A DNA stretch of 64,000 bases from Candidatus Omnitrophota bacterium (lineage in GTDB: Bacteria > Omnitrophota > Gorgyraeia > 2-01-FULL-45-10), in the NCBI GenBank assembly GCA_041650935.1, contig JBAZKH010000001.1, forward strand, positions 576,911 through 640,910. Direction: 5' to 3'. Below, piece by piece: positions 52,787 through 61,724 of the stretch. The translations under genes and the position numbers were made by a program. Below the pieces are notes generated by a model. The model was not told the DNA's origin. It saw nothing but the letters and a program-made list of their open reading frames with translations, and searched no databases. Each line of letters begins with the position of its first letter. The first letter of the stretch is position 1.

Positions 52787-53503
52787 TCATTTTTTCCGCA
52801 TATTTTCGATCATTATTATGGCCTCGGAGATTTCGCGCATCGATTTGCGCAGGTCCATGCTCTGTTTCTGTATCTTTTTGAAAGCCGCCTCTTCGCCTAT
52901 CGCCTGCTCGCGCATCAATATACCTTTAGCTCTTTCTACAAGTTTACGCGTCTCCAGCTCTTCCTGGACTACTTTTGTCTTGACCATAAGTCCGGCATTT
53001 TCGATAACTATTGCCGCCTGGCTGGCCACGGTTGTAAGAATATTTATCTCATTTCTTGTAAACTTGTGAGGATGGGATGTGTAGTTATTCAATACGCCTA
53101 TCACTTTACCGCGCACCGCAAGCGGCACCGAAAGGAGCGACTTCAAGCCTTCCTTGGCCGCTATATCTTTATATTTATATTCAGGTTCTATGGATAGGTC
53201 GTAGGCGGCCTGCGGGCTATTCCTCTGCGCAACTCTGCCGGCAATGCCTTCGCCGAGCTTTAAGTTCGGTTTTTTATTATAAACTTCGCTCATAGATTGG
53301 GTCGCTTTTAATGCGAGCTCATTAGTCCTGTCGTCGAGAAGCATAAGCGAACATATCTTTGAATCCATTATCTCGGCCGTAACCGTAACTATAAGCTTAA
53401 GGATATCTTCGAGATACAGGTCGGAAGTTATAGACCTGCTTACCTTCGAGAGCGCTTCGAATTGCTTGGCGTGCGAAATCGTTTTTTTATATCTTTTCGG
53501 CAT
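52787..53503 (-). CDS. GAF-ANTAR RNA-binding antitermination regulator
   Basis: 238 aa. N-terminal GAF (SKICSLMLLDDRTNELALKA...GEGIAGRV). C-terminal ANTAR (LVERAKGILMREQAIGEEAAFKKIQKQSMDLRKSMREISEAII). Confidence 0.75.
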   Translation of the reverse strand: MPKRYKKTISHAKQFEALSKVSRSITSDLYLEDILKLIVTVTAEIMDSKICSLMLLDDRTNELALKATQSMSEVYNKKPNLKLGEGIAGRVAQRNSPQAAYDLSIEPEYKYKDIAAKEGLKSLLSVPLAVRGKVIGVLNNYTSHPHKFTRNEINILTTVASQAAIVIENAGLMVKTKVVQEELETRKLVERAKGILMREQAIGEEAAFKKIQKQSMDLRKSMREISEAIIMIENMRKK

Positions 53504-53507
53504 ATGC

Positions 53508-54416
53508 TTAAATCCGCGGTTTGATAATGCGTGTCCCTAAAAAACTGTCGTCCGGTTCGGGGGGCATTTCCTGTATCCAGCCATTATTTAACCCCAATTC
53601 CTTTGCAGCGTCAACTATATTCTTGTACTCGCCGCTCTCGATGCCGGCGGAAAGCTCTTTATAGCCGGCGGCTTTAAAAGTCGGGTAATACTGGCTCATT
53701 ATACTGAGATAGGCGTCCTGCGATATCTCTTTTCTGATGAATTTCATCGTTTCGACCGTTCCGGATATGTTGTGCGGCAGAGCAAGAAGCCTTACGATGA
53801 GCCCTTTCTTCGCCACGCCGGCATCGTCGGCAACCATGTTCCCCACCTGCTCGTACATCTCTTTTACGGCGCGCCTGTTATATCCGACATAATCGGGGGC
53901 CGCCGAGTATTTTGCCGCCATCGCATTATCGGAATAACGCATGTCCGGCAGGTATATATCGACAATCCCTGCCAGCGTTTTTAATGTCTCCACCCGTTCG
54001 TAGCCGTTTGTGTTGTAGACTATCGGAACAGTCAACCCCCCGTCGCGGGCTATTAGAAGCGCGGTAACGATTTGAGGGACAAAATGCGTAGGAGATACAA
54101 GGTTTATATTATGACATCCCAGTTCCTGCAGTTCGAGCATGATGGACGCAAGTTTTTCCGCGGAGACTGCGCCGCCCTTATCGAGCTGGCTGAAGATGTA
54201 GTTTTGGCAATAGACACATTTCATGTTGCAGTAAGAGAAGAAGATGGTTCCGGAACCGCGCTTGCCTGAAATCGGAGGCTCTTCACCGCGGTGGGCCATG
54301 TAACTATAGACTACCGCATTGCAGGGCGCTCTGCAATAGCCCAGTTTGCCCTGCTTTCTTTCGACGCCGCATTTGCGCGGGCATATAACGCACCCGGTCG
54401 TCGTAAGTTCAGCCAT
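53508..54416 (-). CDS. AmmeMemoRadiSam-system-type radical SAM enzyme (PFL-activase-like)
   Basis: 302 aa. N-terminal Cys pairs CVICPRKCGVERKQGKLGYC. Radical-SAM cluster CNMKCVYCQN followed by ...IFSQ. Confidence 0.65.
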   Translation of the reverse strand: MAELTTTGCVICPRKCGVERKQGKLGYCRAPCNAVVYSYMAHRGEEPPISGKRGSGTIFFSYCNMKCVYCQNYIFSQLDKGGAVSAEKLASIMLELQELGCHNINLVSPTHFVPQIVTALLIARDGGLTVPIVYNTNGYERVETLKTLAGIVDIYLPDMRYSDNAMAAKYSAAPDYVGYNRRAVKEMYEQVGNMVADDAGVAKKGLIVRLLALPHNISGTVETMKFIRKEISQDAYLSIMSQYYPTFKAAGYKELSAGIESGEYKNIVDAAKELGLNNGWIQEMPPEPDDSFLGTRIIKPRI

Positions 54417-55128
54417 CCGCTTGATCGGCCCGATGAGTCACGTTTTTGTCTATAAAGTCGATTATCGCGCGTTCCTTCTCTGCGGTCAGATGAGAAAATG
54501 AGATGCCCATCCCCGGATAGGCGTGAGGCTGGAGATCTTTATCGGCTAACCATGAAATCCGGCCGGTGGCTTCGAGAACAGCCGCAGATCCCGGTATGCT
54601 GAAATGGAGGTCCAGGAGTGTGCCCATCGGGAAGGTATGCGGCGTATAGATATATATACCCGCACCGCTTATGTTAAGCACGTTTCCTTCGAAAACTTTG
54701 GCGTTTTTGGTGTCGGCTATCATCTTATACTTTACGATAAGATGGATATCGAGCCGCGGGAATTTTCTGCGCAGGTGTAATTTTTGAGCCTCGCTCTCGC
54801 AAAAACTGTTGATGGCCGTCTCCTCGTCTGTGTAGAGTTCGAACACGGTCTCGAGCTTAACCACCTTGAACATCTCCACTATAGAGACAGGCACGTTAAG
54901 TAATTTTAGCTTTCCTTTATGGTTGACGATATTCTTATACGCTATTGCCAGTATTGAAAGGCCATTGTAGTCCACCATATCCACGTTCTCGAAATTGAAT
55001 ATTATATTCAGCTTGCCGGAATTGACAAGCCATCCGACCATCTCGATGATTTCGGAAGAGTTTATATCGATACGGCCGTCTATATCCAGTATATGGACGT
55101 TATCTTCTTCTCTGAGCCTTATCGGCAT
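54409..55128 (-). CDS. STAS (anti-sigma-antagonist-like) plus PilZ two-domain protein
   Basis: 239 aa. N-terminal SpoIIAA-like STAS. C-terminal PilZ with LRRKFPR (RxxxR) and NVLNISGAGIY (D/NxSxxG). Confidence 0.7.
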   Translation of the reverse strand: MPIRLREEDNVHILDIDGRIDINSSEIIEMVGWLVNSGKLNIIFNFENVDMVDYNGLSILAIAYKNIVNHKGKLKLLNVPVSIVEMFKVVKLETVFELYTDEETAINSFCESEAQKLHLRRKFPRLDIHLIVKYKMIADTKNAKVFEGNVLNISGAGIYIYTPHTFPMGTLLDLHFSIPGSAAVLEATGRISWLADKDLQPHAYPGMGISFSHLTAEKERAIIDFIDKNVTHRADQADG

Positions 55129-55141
55129 AAAGCACCCATCG

Positions 55142-55279
55142 CTACTGCCGGAAGAAGAAAGTATTTATCCCTCTTCCCATCCTATTGACATCTTTACCAA
55201 CGCCCGAGACAGTCTCTCCGCATCCGGTCAGGACTGCAGCTGTTATAAGTATTGCAATCATCAAGGCGGCTCTCTTCAT
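55142..55279 (-). CDS. Entericidin A/B-family small lipoprotein (45 aa), absent from the ORF track
   Basis: Translation MKRAALMIAILITAAVLTGCGETVSGVGKDVNRMGRGINTFFFRQ. Lipobox LTGC. The GC-G-E-T-VSGVGKDV core matches the entericidin C..T.RG.GEDI pattern. AGAGGAAGG Shine-Dalgarno upstream. Confidence 0.65.
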   Translation of the reverse strand: MKRAALMIAILITAAVLTGCGETVSGVGKDVNRMGRGINTFFFRQ

Positions 55280-55297
55280 AATGACCTTCCTCTTTAT

Positions 55298-55335
55298 GGA
55301 AAAAGCCATATCTTATCCAGGATATGGCTTTTTCC
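55298..55335 (-). terminator. Perfect 15-bp stem-loop between the small secreted-protein gene and the entericidin-like gene, a possible terminator or attenuator
   Basis: ggaaaaagccatatc - ttatccag - gatatggctttttcc. The U-rich tract lies within the 3' arm. No clean trailing U-run. Confidence 0.3.
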
Positions 55336-55363
55336 ATTCAAGTGAATACTTGTTTCGCAGGCC

Positions 55364-55732
55364 TTACTGCACCGGCTCTTCTTTATTGGCCTTAACTGGA
55401 ACCGCTACCGTACCCTCCACAGCTTTTTTTGCCGTATCGGCTGTCCCGACTATAGGCTCGGTCACCAGATCTTTGGTCTTGCCAAGGCTGCCGGAGGTAA
55501 CCTGTCCAACCGTCTTTACTTCGTTCGTCACTACGCTAGTTGCGCTTTTCGCGGTATCCGTAACCACGCCCGCTGTTTCGTTCGTCACATTGGCGGGATA
55601 ATTAAAAAGTTTCTGCCAGAAACTTTTTGCGCTCTTATCGGCACTCTTCCCTTCAGCAGCATAAGAGATACCGCTTAGTATAAAGCATAATGCCAGAACA
55701 ACACATGCAACCACTGCCAGTTTCTTTCCCAT
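55364..55732 (-). CDS. Small secreted repeat protein (hypothetical)
   Basis: 122 aa. Signal peptide. Thr/Val/Lys-rich imperfect repeats (TxxTAKxA..VTNE). Confidence 0.4.
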   Translation of the reverse strand: MGKKLAVVACVVLALCFILSGISYAAEGKSADKSAKSFWQKLFNYPANVTNETAGVVTDTAKSATSVVTNEVKTVGQVTSGSLGKTKDLVTEPIVGTADTAKKAVEGTVAVPVKANKEEPVQ

Positions 55733-55803
55733 TGTACTCCCCCTTTCTTAAGGTAAAAGTTTACTATATGTTACGCGAATTGGCAAGCGAAATCTCGCTT
55801 GCG

Positions 55804-56259
55804 TCACTTGAGCAACCCCTGGACAAGTCTGTTTATCACCTTGCCGTCGGCCTTGCCCTTGGCCTTTTCCATGACAACTTTCATTACTTTCCCCGTATCC
55901 GGCTTAGCAACAGCTCCCGTTTCGGAGATAGCGGCTTTGATAATAACCGTCAATTCCTCTTCCGAAAGCTGTTTTGGAAGGTATCCTTCGAGTATCCTGA
56001 GCTCCGCCGTTTCTTTCTCGGCAAGATCGGCTCTCGCGCCTTTTGTGAACTGTTCGATAGATTCGCGATGCTGTTTAACCTGCCGCTGTAATATCTGGAT
56101 CGTATTGTCGTCATCCAGCACTTTGATATTCTTCTCTATCTGCAAAGTCTTCATTACAGACAATGCCATTCGCAGGACAGATAGCTTCAAACGATCGCCG
56201 GTCTTCAAAGCTGCCCTGGCGTCACTGTTGAGTTTTTCATACAAATTCATAAAAAACAC
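55804..56259 (-). CDS. GatB/YqeY domain protein
   Basis: 151 aa. KTGDRLKLSVLRMALSVMKTLQIEK matches the YqeY N-terminus. Confidence 0.7.
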   Translation of the reverse strand: MFFMNLYEKLNSDARAALKTGDRLKLSVLRMALSVMKTLQIEKNIKVLDDDNTIQILQRQVKQHRESIEQFTKGARADLAEKETAELRILEGYLPKQLSEEELTVIIKAAISETGAVAKPDTGKVMKVVMEKAKGKADGKVINRLVQGLLK

Positions 56260-56317
56260 TTCCCCCTTATCATTATCGAAAATGACAGTTTTTAAACAGG
56301 CGGGTCGTAACTAGCCT

Positions 56318-56521
56318 TTAGGATAATTTAACGACTTTTGTCGCTTGTTCGCCCTTAGGACCCTGGACGATCTCAAACTGTACTTTATCGCCTTCCTTGA
56401 GGGTTTTGTAACCTTCACCTTCGATAGCCGAATGGTGAACGAATACATCTTTGCCTGTATCTGCCACTATGAAACCAAAACCCTTCTTATCATTGAACCA
56501 CTTTACCGTCCCCTGCGCCAT
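56318..56521 (-). CDS. cspA: Cold-shock protein (CspA family)
   Basis: 67 aa. [15 protein letters not shown] (RNP1) and VFVHHSAI (RNP2). A 5' UTR of about 200 nt (56522-56720) is typical for csp. Confidence 0.9.
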   Translation of the reverse strand: MAQGTVKWFNDKKGFGFIVADTGKDVFVHHSAIEGEGYKTLKEGDKVQFEIVQGPKGEQATKVVKLS

Positions 56522-56720
56522 CTAAATTTTCACCTCCTTGCCAAGCATTTACAGCTAAAAATCCTTCGACAGGCTCAGGATTTATACCGAGCGCCAGTCG
56601 AGGCAAAAAAATACCACCTTCAGCCTTTTAAGGCCGGGTGGCATTATATGTTTAAGAGGTTTTCACTAACTCATTCACCGCAATATTGTTACAAAAATAT
56701 ACCACATTACTCTCTATTTG

Positions 56721-57230
56721 TCAAGTTCTCTTCCTTAATTCTCTCTTTCTTACTTTTGTACCGATTTTTCGCTTTAAGAGCAGTTTTTTAATAGGGTTTA
56801 AATAATCTATGATCAATACGCCGGTTAAATGGTCTATTTCATGCTGTAGCGCCCTGGCCAGAAGCCCGTCTGCGCATAATCGCCTGGCATTGCCCTCCTC
56901 ATCCAGAAAATTAACAATGACCATCCTGGCCCTTTTAACCTTGACGTTTACACCGGGCAGGCTAAGACAGCCCTCTTCCAGGACCTCCGATCCTTCCCGC
57001 TTTGCGATAACAGGGTTTATAAGCTTGATGAGCCCAGTGCCCACATCGATTACCGCGAGCTGTTTGGATACCCCGACCTGTGAAGCCGCAAGGCCAACGC
57101 CCTGCGCGAGATACATTATCCTGGCCATCTCATTAAGGAGATCTTTTTCGCAAGGAGTGATTTTTCCGACTTTTGCGGCCTTCTTTCGCAGTGCCGGATC
57201 CGGGAATTTCTTTATAGTTACTTCATCCAT
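56721..57230 (-). CDS. def: Peptide deformylase
   Basis: 169 aa. GVGLAASQVG, EGCLSLPG and HEIDHLTG motifs. Confidence 0.9.
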   Translation of the reverse strand: MDEVTIKKFPDPALRKKAAKVGKITPCEKDLLNEMARIMYLAQGVGLAASQVGVSKQLAVIDVGTGLIKLINPVIAKREGSEVLEEGCLSLPGVNVKVKRARMVIVNFLDEEGNARRLCADGLLARALQHEIDHLTGVLIIDYLNPIKKLLLKRKIGTKVRKRELRKRT

Positions 57231-57585
57231 GATAATTAATTACGGGCTGGTTTTTCGAATTGACCCTGATAACCTTCATCTTAAGCGTTCTCGCCTTTCG
57301 ATCTTCCAGGAGAGCATTGGAAAGGATTATGACGAGATCCCCCACCTTTCCCATGTGTGCCGCGGCGCCGTACAGGCCTATATGTCCGGATCCGGCGGCC
57401 TCTTCGATGGCATATGTCTCAAAGCGTGAGCCGTTATTGATATTTACCACCTGCACTATCTCGCCGGGATATATATCAGCCAGCTTAAGCAGATTTTTAT
57501 CGATCCCCATACTCCCGTCATAGTGAAGGTCCGACTTGGTTATCCTGACACGATGAATTTTCGATTTACACATTACTCGCAGCAT
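57223..57585 (-). CDS. panD: Aspartate 1-decarboxylase
   Basis: 120 aa. MLRVMCKSKIHRVRITKSDLHYDGSMGID, with the self-processing Gly-Ser. Confidence 0.9.
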   Translation of the reverse strand: MLRVMCKSKIHRVRITKSDLHYDGSMGIDKNLLKLADIYPGEIVQVVNINNGSRFETYAIEEAAGSGHIGLYGAAAHMGKVGDLVIILSNALLEDRKARTLKMKVIRVNSKNQPVINYHG

Positions 57586-57609
57586 GGAACTCCGTGGGCT
57601 TGCGCCCCT

Positions 57610-57972
57610 TTACTCGCCTATTTCGGTGAGATTATTTCCGTCAAAATATAACCTCTTTGTATTTGAAAGGTAACCGGCGTCTACGGGTATATTGCCGTAT
57701 TGCGCGCGGTATATCCACACTTCCCTCTCCCCGCGCCACTTCTCTTTATCTTCCGCTATCTTTATCTGGCTGGGTTTGCCCCATATTGCCTCTACCTGCT
57801 GTTTCGTCATCCCTATTTTTATGGACTCGGTGCCAAGAGGATGTTTAACAACTTCTTCGGGATTAGGTATGATTATTGCGGAACAGCCGGTGAGAATAAG
57901 TCCGGCACCCAACAGCATGACAAAGATCGCACCATACATGCCCGCGGTTTTATCGTTTTTTAGCTTTTGCAT
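57610..57972 (-). CDS. BamE/SmpA-OmlA-like lipoprotein
   Basis: 120 aa. Lipobox LTGC. GMTKQQVEAIWGKPSQ matches the BamE core. Confidence 0.5.
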   Translation of the reverse strand: MQKLKNDKTAGMYGAIFVMLLGAGLILTGCSAIIIPNPEEVVKHPLGTESIKIGMTKQQVEAIWGKPSQIKIAEDKEKWRGEREVWIYRAQYGNIPVDAGYLSNTKRLYFDGNNLTEIGE

Positions 57973-58354
57973 CTTTAGCGTCCTCCGGTAAATTATATAT
58001 TAAGTCGCATAGAAACTTCAAAAACGTATTTTTGTTATCCTCTTCGATTTCAAGGAGTTCCATTCCAACATCGAACGGCGCATTATCTTCCAGGGACAAT
58101 TTCTTTTTCCACATGATCTTGCCTGTGGCATGGACGGGACTTAGCACATTCTGCATATCAAGCCGCATCTCGAGTATGTCGCCTTCTTTGACCATTTTAT
58201 CCGCAGTCTGAAATCTCAAGCCTTCGGCCGATATATCTTTAGCGGTAACAGCATATACCTTATCGCGCTCCGCTATCGTATATGTGACGTTTATAGGTTC
58301 ACGCATACGGATAAAACTACGTCTTTCAACAAGCTTGTCTCGAACCTTTGCCAT
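57950..58354 (-). CDS. PilZ domain protein (c-di-GMP effector)
   Basis: 134 aa. RRSFIRM (RxxxR) and DISAEGLRF (DxSxxG). Confidence 0.7.
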   Translation of the reverse strand: MAKVRDKLVERRSFIRMREPINVTYTIAERDKVYAVTAKDISAEGLRFQTADKMVKEGDILEMRLDMQNVLSPVHATGKIMWKKKLSLEDNAPFDVGMELLEIEEDNKNTFLKFLCDLIYNLPEDAKDAKAKKR

Positions 58355-58421
58355 AGGTCTGGCTCCTTTTTTTCGAATCGTCGCTTAAATATAACACACA
58401 ACTATTTTGCGGTCAACGAAA

Positions 58422-60128
58422 TTACTGTTTATTTAACCGGATATCTTCCGGCCCGGCAAGCTCTGCGGTATTAAGATTGAGCCAGTCTCTTATTGCGGCT
58501 AACGCCTCCCTGTCAACGAGATAGCGCATCCTGGAAGATCCGTCACAGCCCAGCTTGCCGAAAAAGTTCCCAAGCGTTTCAAAGTATATTATCGAATGTT
58601 TCATCTTTCCATAGGCAGCCAATGCCTTATCGAAATGGACGATATACGCGGTAGGCGCTTGCGTCTCTTTCCTGCCGTGTAATATTGCTATCGGCGCGGA
58701 AATTTTTGCCATAGCCTGCGCCGGATCGATTGCGTCCAGGTTTCTTGCGGCCTTCAAATAACATTTTTTACCCAGTATGTAACCCCAATCACGGCCAGTC
58801 TTATTGGCCTTGTCATACGTCTCCTGCAGGGCCCGCATAGCGGTTTTAAGATACTCTTCATTCCACTTTTCCAGAGCGGCCCTGTCGCGCAATAGGGTCT
58901 CCCGTTCCTTCAGGCCCGCATTCATTATCGGAGACATGAGCACAAGGCCTTTAATATCCGCATTCTGCGCGGCAAGTCTCATGGCGCTAAGCGCTCCTTC
59001 GGCATGGGATATAACCGCAATCCTGTTTGCATTCACCTCATTCTGCGATTTAAGGAAACTGACGGCGCTTGCCAGGTCCGCCAGATCATCATCCGGAGCG
59101 GCTGTAGCGGCATCGCCGCCGCTTAAACCGACCCCTCTCCTGTCGAATCTCAATACGCAATAACCGTACCTGGGCAGATAACTTGCGATCGACTCGAAGA
59201 GGCCCTGATAACTCCGGTCGTGCGGCCCGGAGCCCCAGATCAGCAGGACTGCCGGATGTTTTCCGGCCGGATTGGTTTGCGATGAAGTGTCTTTGGGCAC
59301 CGTAAACGTTCCGGAGAGCTGACCGGCTTTGCCCGGGAATACCACATCTTTCGACAGGTATTCTTCTGCGGTAACTGACGGCTCCCTGGGCTTGAGCTCT
59401 TTTGGCTCAAAACCGCGGGTTATTTTTAACCCTATCGATGGTATATCTATCATTATAAGCGTCCTGTCCGACTTGGCTACCCAGACGCTGCCGGGCGGCA
59501 TCGATTTTATCTTCAATAAGAGCATCTCGGTCTTTATCTTCCTGCGCCCTATCTTTATATACTCATCTCTCACGGATGTCAGCGTTACGAAGCGTCTTAA
59601 AGGAGGGGTCTGGCTGTCCGGGAGATATATGATGGAATTAAAACCCTGCGCGCCGCCAAGTTTAAAATCATAGTTCTCGATTATGGGTAGATATGTAAGC
59701 GGAGAGCTCTCTTCAAAAATAAATGCGCCTCTCCTGACCGGCACATTACTGATAAAAGTAAACTGGGATGTAAGCCTGGACATAAACGAAACGGAAGCAT
59801 CGTTAGCTTCGGCATAATATAAGTGCGATGCGCCGTTTGCGAAAAGCTCTTTCTGATACTCCAGGAGGTTGTATCTTCTGTCCAGGTCAAGCCTTGAGCG
59901 CTCGTCGGTAAATAGCTCCCTGAACGGCATTGCCGAGGCAGACTTGTATATCAACCTCTCTTCGGTCACGTACTTGTCTATCTTAGCCGTTCCGGCATAT
60001 TGTCCTTCTATGGCAATGTTATAATAAAAAGTCTTGTGGTTATACTTATCGAGATATACGAAAGAGAATATGAAAAGAAGCAGGCTGGCAATGAATACTA
60101 AAAGTACGGTAATATATATCTTTTTCAT
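58422..60128 (-). CDS. Membrane-anchored alpha/beta-hydrolase-fold protein (putative)
   Basis: 568 aa. N-terminal TM. C-terminal half has an alpha/beta-hydrolase-like layout (HPAVLLIWGSGPHD, ...RIAVISHAEGA..., ILHG). The nucleophile motif is non-canonical. Confidence 0.4.
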   Translation of the reverse strand: MKKIYITVLLVFIASLLLFIFSFVYLDKYNHKTFYYNIAIEGQYAGTAKIDKYVTEERLIYKSASAMPFRELFTDERSRLDLDRRYNLLEYQKELFANGASHLYYAEANDASVSFMSRLTSQFTFISNVPVRRGAFIFEESSPLTYLPIIENYDFKLGGAQGFNSIIYLPDSQTPPLRRFVTLTSVRDEYIKIGRRKIKTEMLLLKIKSMPPGSVWVAKSDRTLIMIDIPSIGLKITRGFEPKELKPREPSVTAEEYLSKDVVFPGKAGQLSGTFTVPKDTSSQTNPAGKHPAVLLIWGSGPHDRSYQGLFESIASYLPRYGYCVLRFDRRGVGLSGGDAATAAPDDDLADLASAVSFLKSQNEVNANRIAVISHAEGALSAMRLAAQNADIKGLVLMSPIMNAGLKERETLLRDRAALEKWNEEYLKTAMRALQETYDKANKTGRDWGYILGKKCYLKAARNLDAIDPAQAMAKISAPIAILHGRKETQAPTAYIVHFDKALAAYGKMKHSIIYFETLGNFFGKLGCDGSSRMRYLVDREALAAIRDWLNLNTAELAGPEDIRLNKQ

Positions 60129-60289
60129 CTCGTCTTAAGTTCTCCCATGAGATGCCGATAGGATGACTCCAGCTCCCTGTTCTTTATCTCCAGGTACACA
60201 ACATAACTGACGAGCGTTAAGACCAGGACGATCATAAGCACCAGGCTGGAGACGAGCGCGACTATAATACTCTTCTTTTTTATTATCAT
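60125..60289 (-). CDS. 54-aa single-pass membrane mini-protein, translationally coupled to the downstream hydrolase gene
   Basis: MIIKKKSIIVALVSSLVLMIVLVLTLVSYVVYLEIKNRELESSYRHLMGELKTR. Its TGA stop overlaps the hydrolase ATG (ATGA). Confidence 0.3.
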   Translation of the reverse strand: MIIKKKSIIVALVSSLVLMIVLVLTLVSYVVYLEIKNRELESSYRHLMGELKTR

Positions 60290-60304
60290 TCACACTTCCT
60301 TTAA

Positions 60305-60829
60305 CTAGGCCCTTATCCGCGTCTTGTAACGCTCTCTCATGTCGTTGAATATGCTAAGGTATTCTTTTGTCCTGTAATCCGGGTAGGTCCATGGCCAGGG
60401 ATTGAAGGTGTTCCCCCGGTAAAATAACGTAATCTCACAAAATATGCCTTTATTAAGATATACCCTGTGCGAATAGTCCTTTGTAGAAAATAGCGCCACC
60501 TTCGACAGGCTAAGATAGCCCGGGTCGATATTGACGGCCCTATTCGCACCCTTGGCCAGGAGTCTTTCCAGTCTATTTGTCTTAAGCTTGACCGCATATA
60601 TGCCATCTAGGCCGCGCAAGCGTTCAAAACCCAGGAATCTGCGTTTTAACGCCAGGCCCATCTCGCCGGCATAATAGGATGTATGCGTGAAGTCCATCGG
60701 TTCGCTTTCGAAATCTATCTTACCGAATATCCTGACGAGGGCGCCGCGCGCCGCAGAATATATTTCCTGATGCTGAAATAGCAGGCCCGTAATAAGCTTG
60801 ACCTTTTCAGGGCGTCTGGGGATGCCCAT
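60305..60829 (-). CDS. Hypothetical protein, possibly DUF4416 family
   Basis: 174 aa. KVKLITGLLF...FGKIDFESEPMDFTHTSYYAGEMG resembles DUF4416 as recalled from memory. Confidence 0.35.
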   Translation of the reverse strand: MGIPRRPEKVKLITGLLFQHQEIYSAARGALVRIFGKIDFESEPMDFTHTSYYAGEMGLALKRRFLGFERLRGLDGIYAVKLKTNRLERLLAKGANRAVNIDPGYLSLSKVALFSTKDYSHRVYLNKGIFCEITLFYRGNTFNPWPWTYPDYRTKEYLSIFNDMRERYKTRIRA

Positions 60830-60839
60830 AAGCTTAGCC

Positions 60840-61334
60840 TTAGCTTTCCTGATCCAGCGAACATGAACGTATAAAATTGATAAAATTTAGGCTGGCGGGA
60901 TCTTTTGTTGAAGAAAATTTTATCCCTGAGTAAAAAAAACGCTTACCGGTCGGGTCCGCGGCATCCGCGGCATCTTCGGTCCATACCACATTGCCGAGCA
61001 TTTCTGCTTCCGGCAGCGATCCCGGGAGAGCTATCTTCAGAGTGACGCATGCACCGAGAGGTAATTTTTCGGCTAGAAGCAGTCTCACTCCCCCTTCGGA
61101 GATATCCACGGTCTTTCCGCCGGCAATCTCTGCCGCGCGCTTTTTTATGATCGAATAGGCTACTTCAAGAGAACGCGTGAAACGCGGGTAATGCCTGCGG
61201 TTCACGCCGTCCCAGCATTCCTTGATCTTCGCATAACGCAGGACGTTTCTTATGGCTTGGCCGTCTACCTTGAAGAGCATATAAAGGATGGCCGCCAGCA
61301 GAAATATTAGTAGAAGTCCAATGTATGTCAACAC
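60840..61334 (-). CDS. Membrane-anchored PilZ domain protein
   Basis: 164 aa. N-terminal TM. RRHYPRF (RxxxR). DISEGGVRL (DxSxGG). Confidence 0.7.
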   Translation of the reverse strand: MLTYIGLLLIFLLAAILYMLFKVDGQAIRNVLRYAKIKECWDGVNRRHYPRFTRSLEVAYSIIKKRAAEIAGGKTVDISEGGVRLLLAEKLPLGACVTLKIALPGSLPEAEMLGNVVWTEDAADAADPTGKRFFYSGIKFSSTKDPASLNFINFIRSCSLDQES

Positions 61335-61705
61335 GCCTCTTCGCCTCTTTTTTTGCTCGATACGTAAATTTTGATTATTTCCCTGTCTTTGCTCGAAAGG
61401 TTATCAAAAAATATGGCGGCATCATAATGCCTGATAACGCCGTCGATTATTACAGGGTGTTCCCGGACTATCACACCGTCGACATCCAGTTCCCTGACAG
61501 CCCCATCGGCCTTAAAAAGGTCCGGTACCATAAGCTTGACCCTGACCCTGGACATAATAGGTATCTCTTTATCTATCTTGCAGTATAAACCTGATGCGCT
61601 TACATCCAGGGTATGAGTTACGGTGTCGAAATCGTCCGTCTTTAGTTTTAACGACAACCCTTCGTCTCTCACCCTGGGAAACAATCTTCTTTCTGTGGCA
61701 GCCAT
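61328..61705 (-). CDS. PilZ domain protein
   Basis: Start taken at MAATERRLFPRVR (after the HIT gene stop at 61725). RxxxR plus DVSASGLY. Confidence 0.65.
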   Translation of the reverse strand: MAATERRLFPRVRDEGLSLKLKTDDFDTVTHTLDVSASGLYCKIDKEIPIMSRVRVKLMVPDLFKADGAVRELDVDGVIVREHPVIIDGVIRHYDAAIFFDNLSSKDREIIKIYVSSKKRGEEAC

Positions 61706-61724
61706 TTTTATACCCTCTCTATAT

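Noticed and set aside
52286-53197. 303-aa plus-strand ORF, and 51986..52285
   Set aside because: Antisense to nadE and the GAF-ANTAR regulator. Cys/Phe/Tyr-rich composition, typical of reverse frames.
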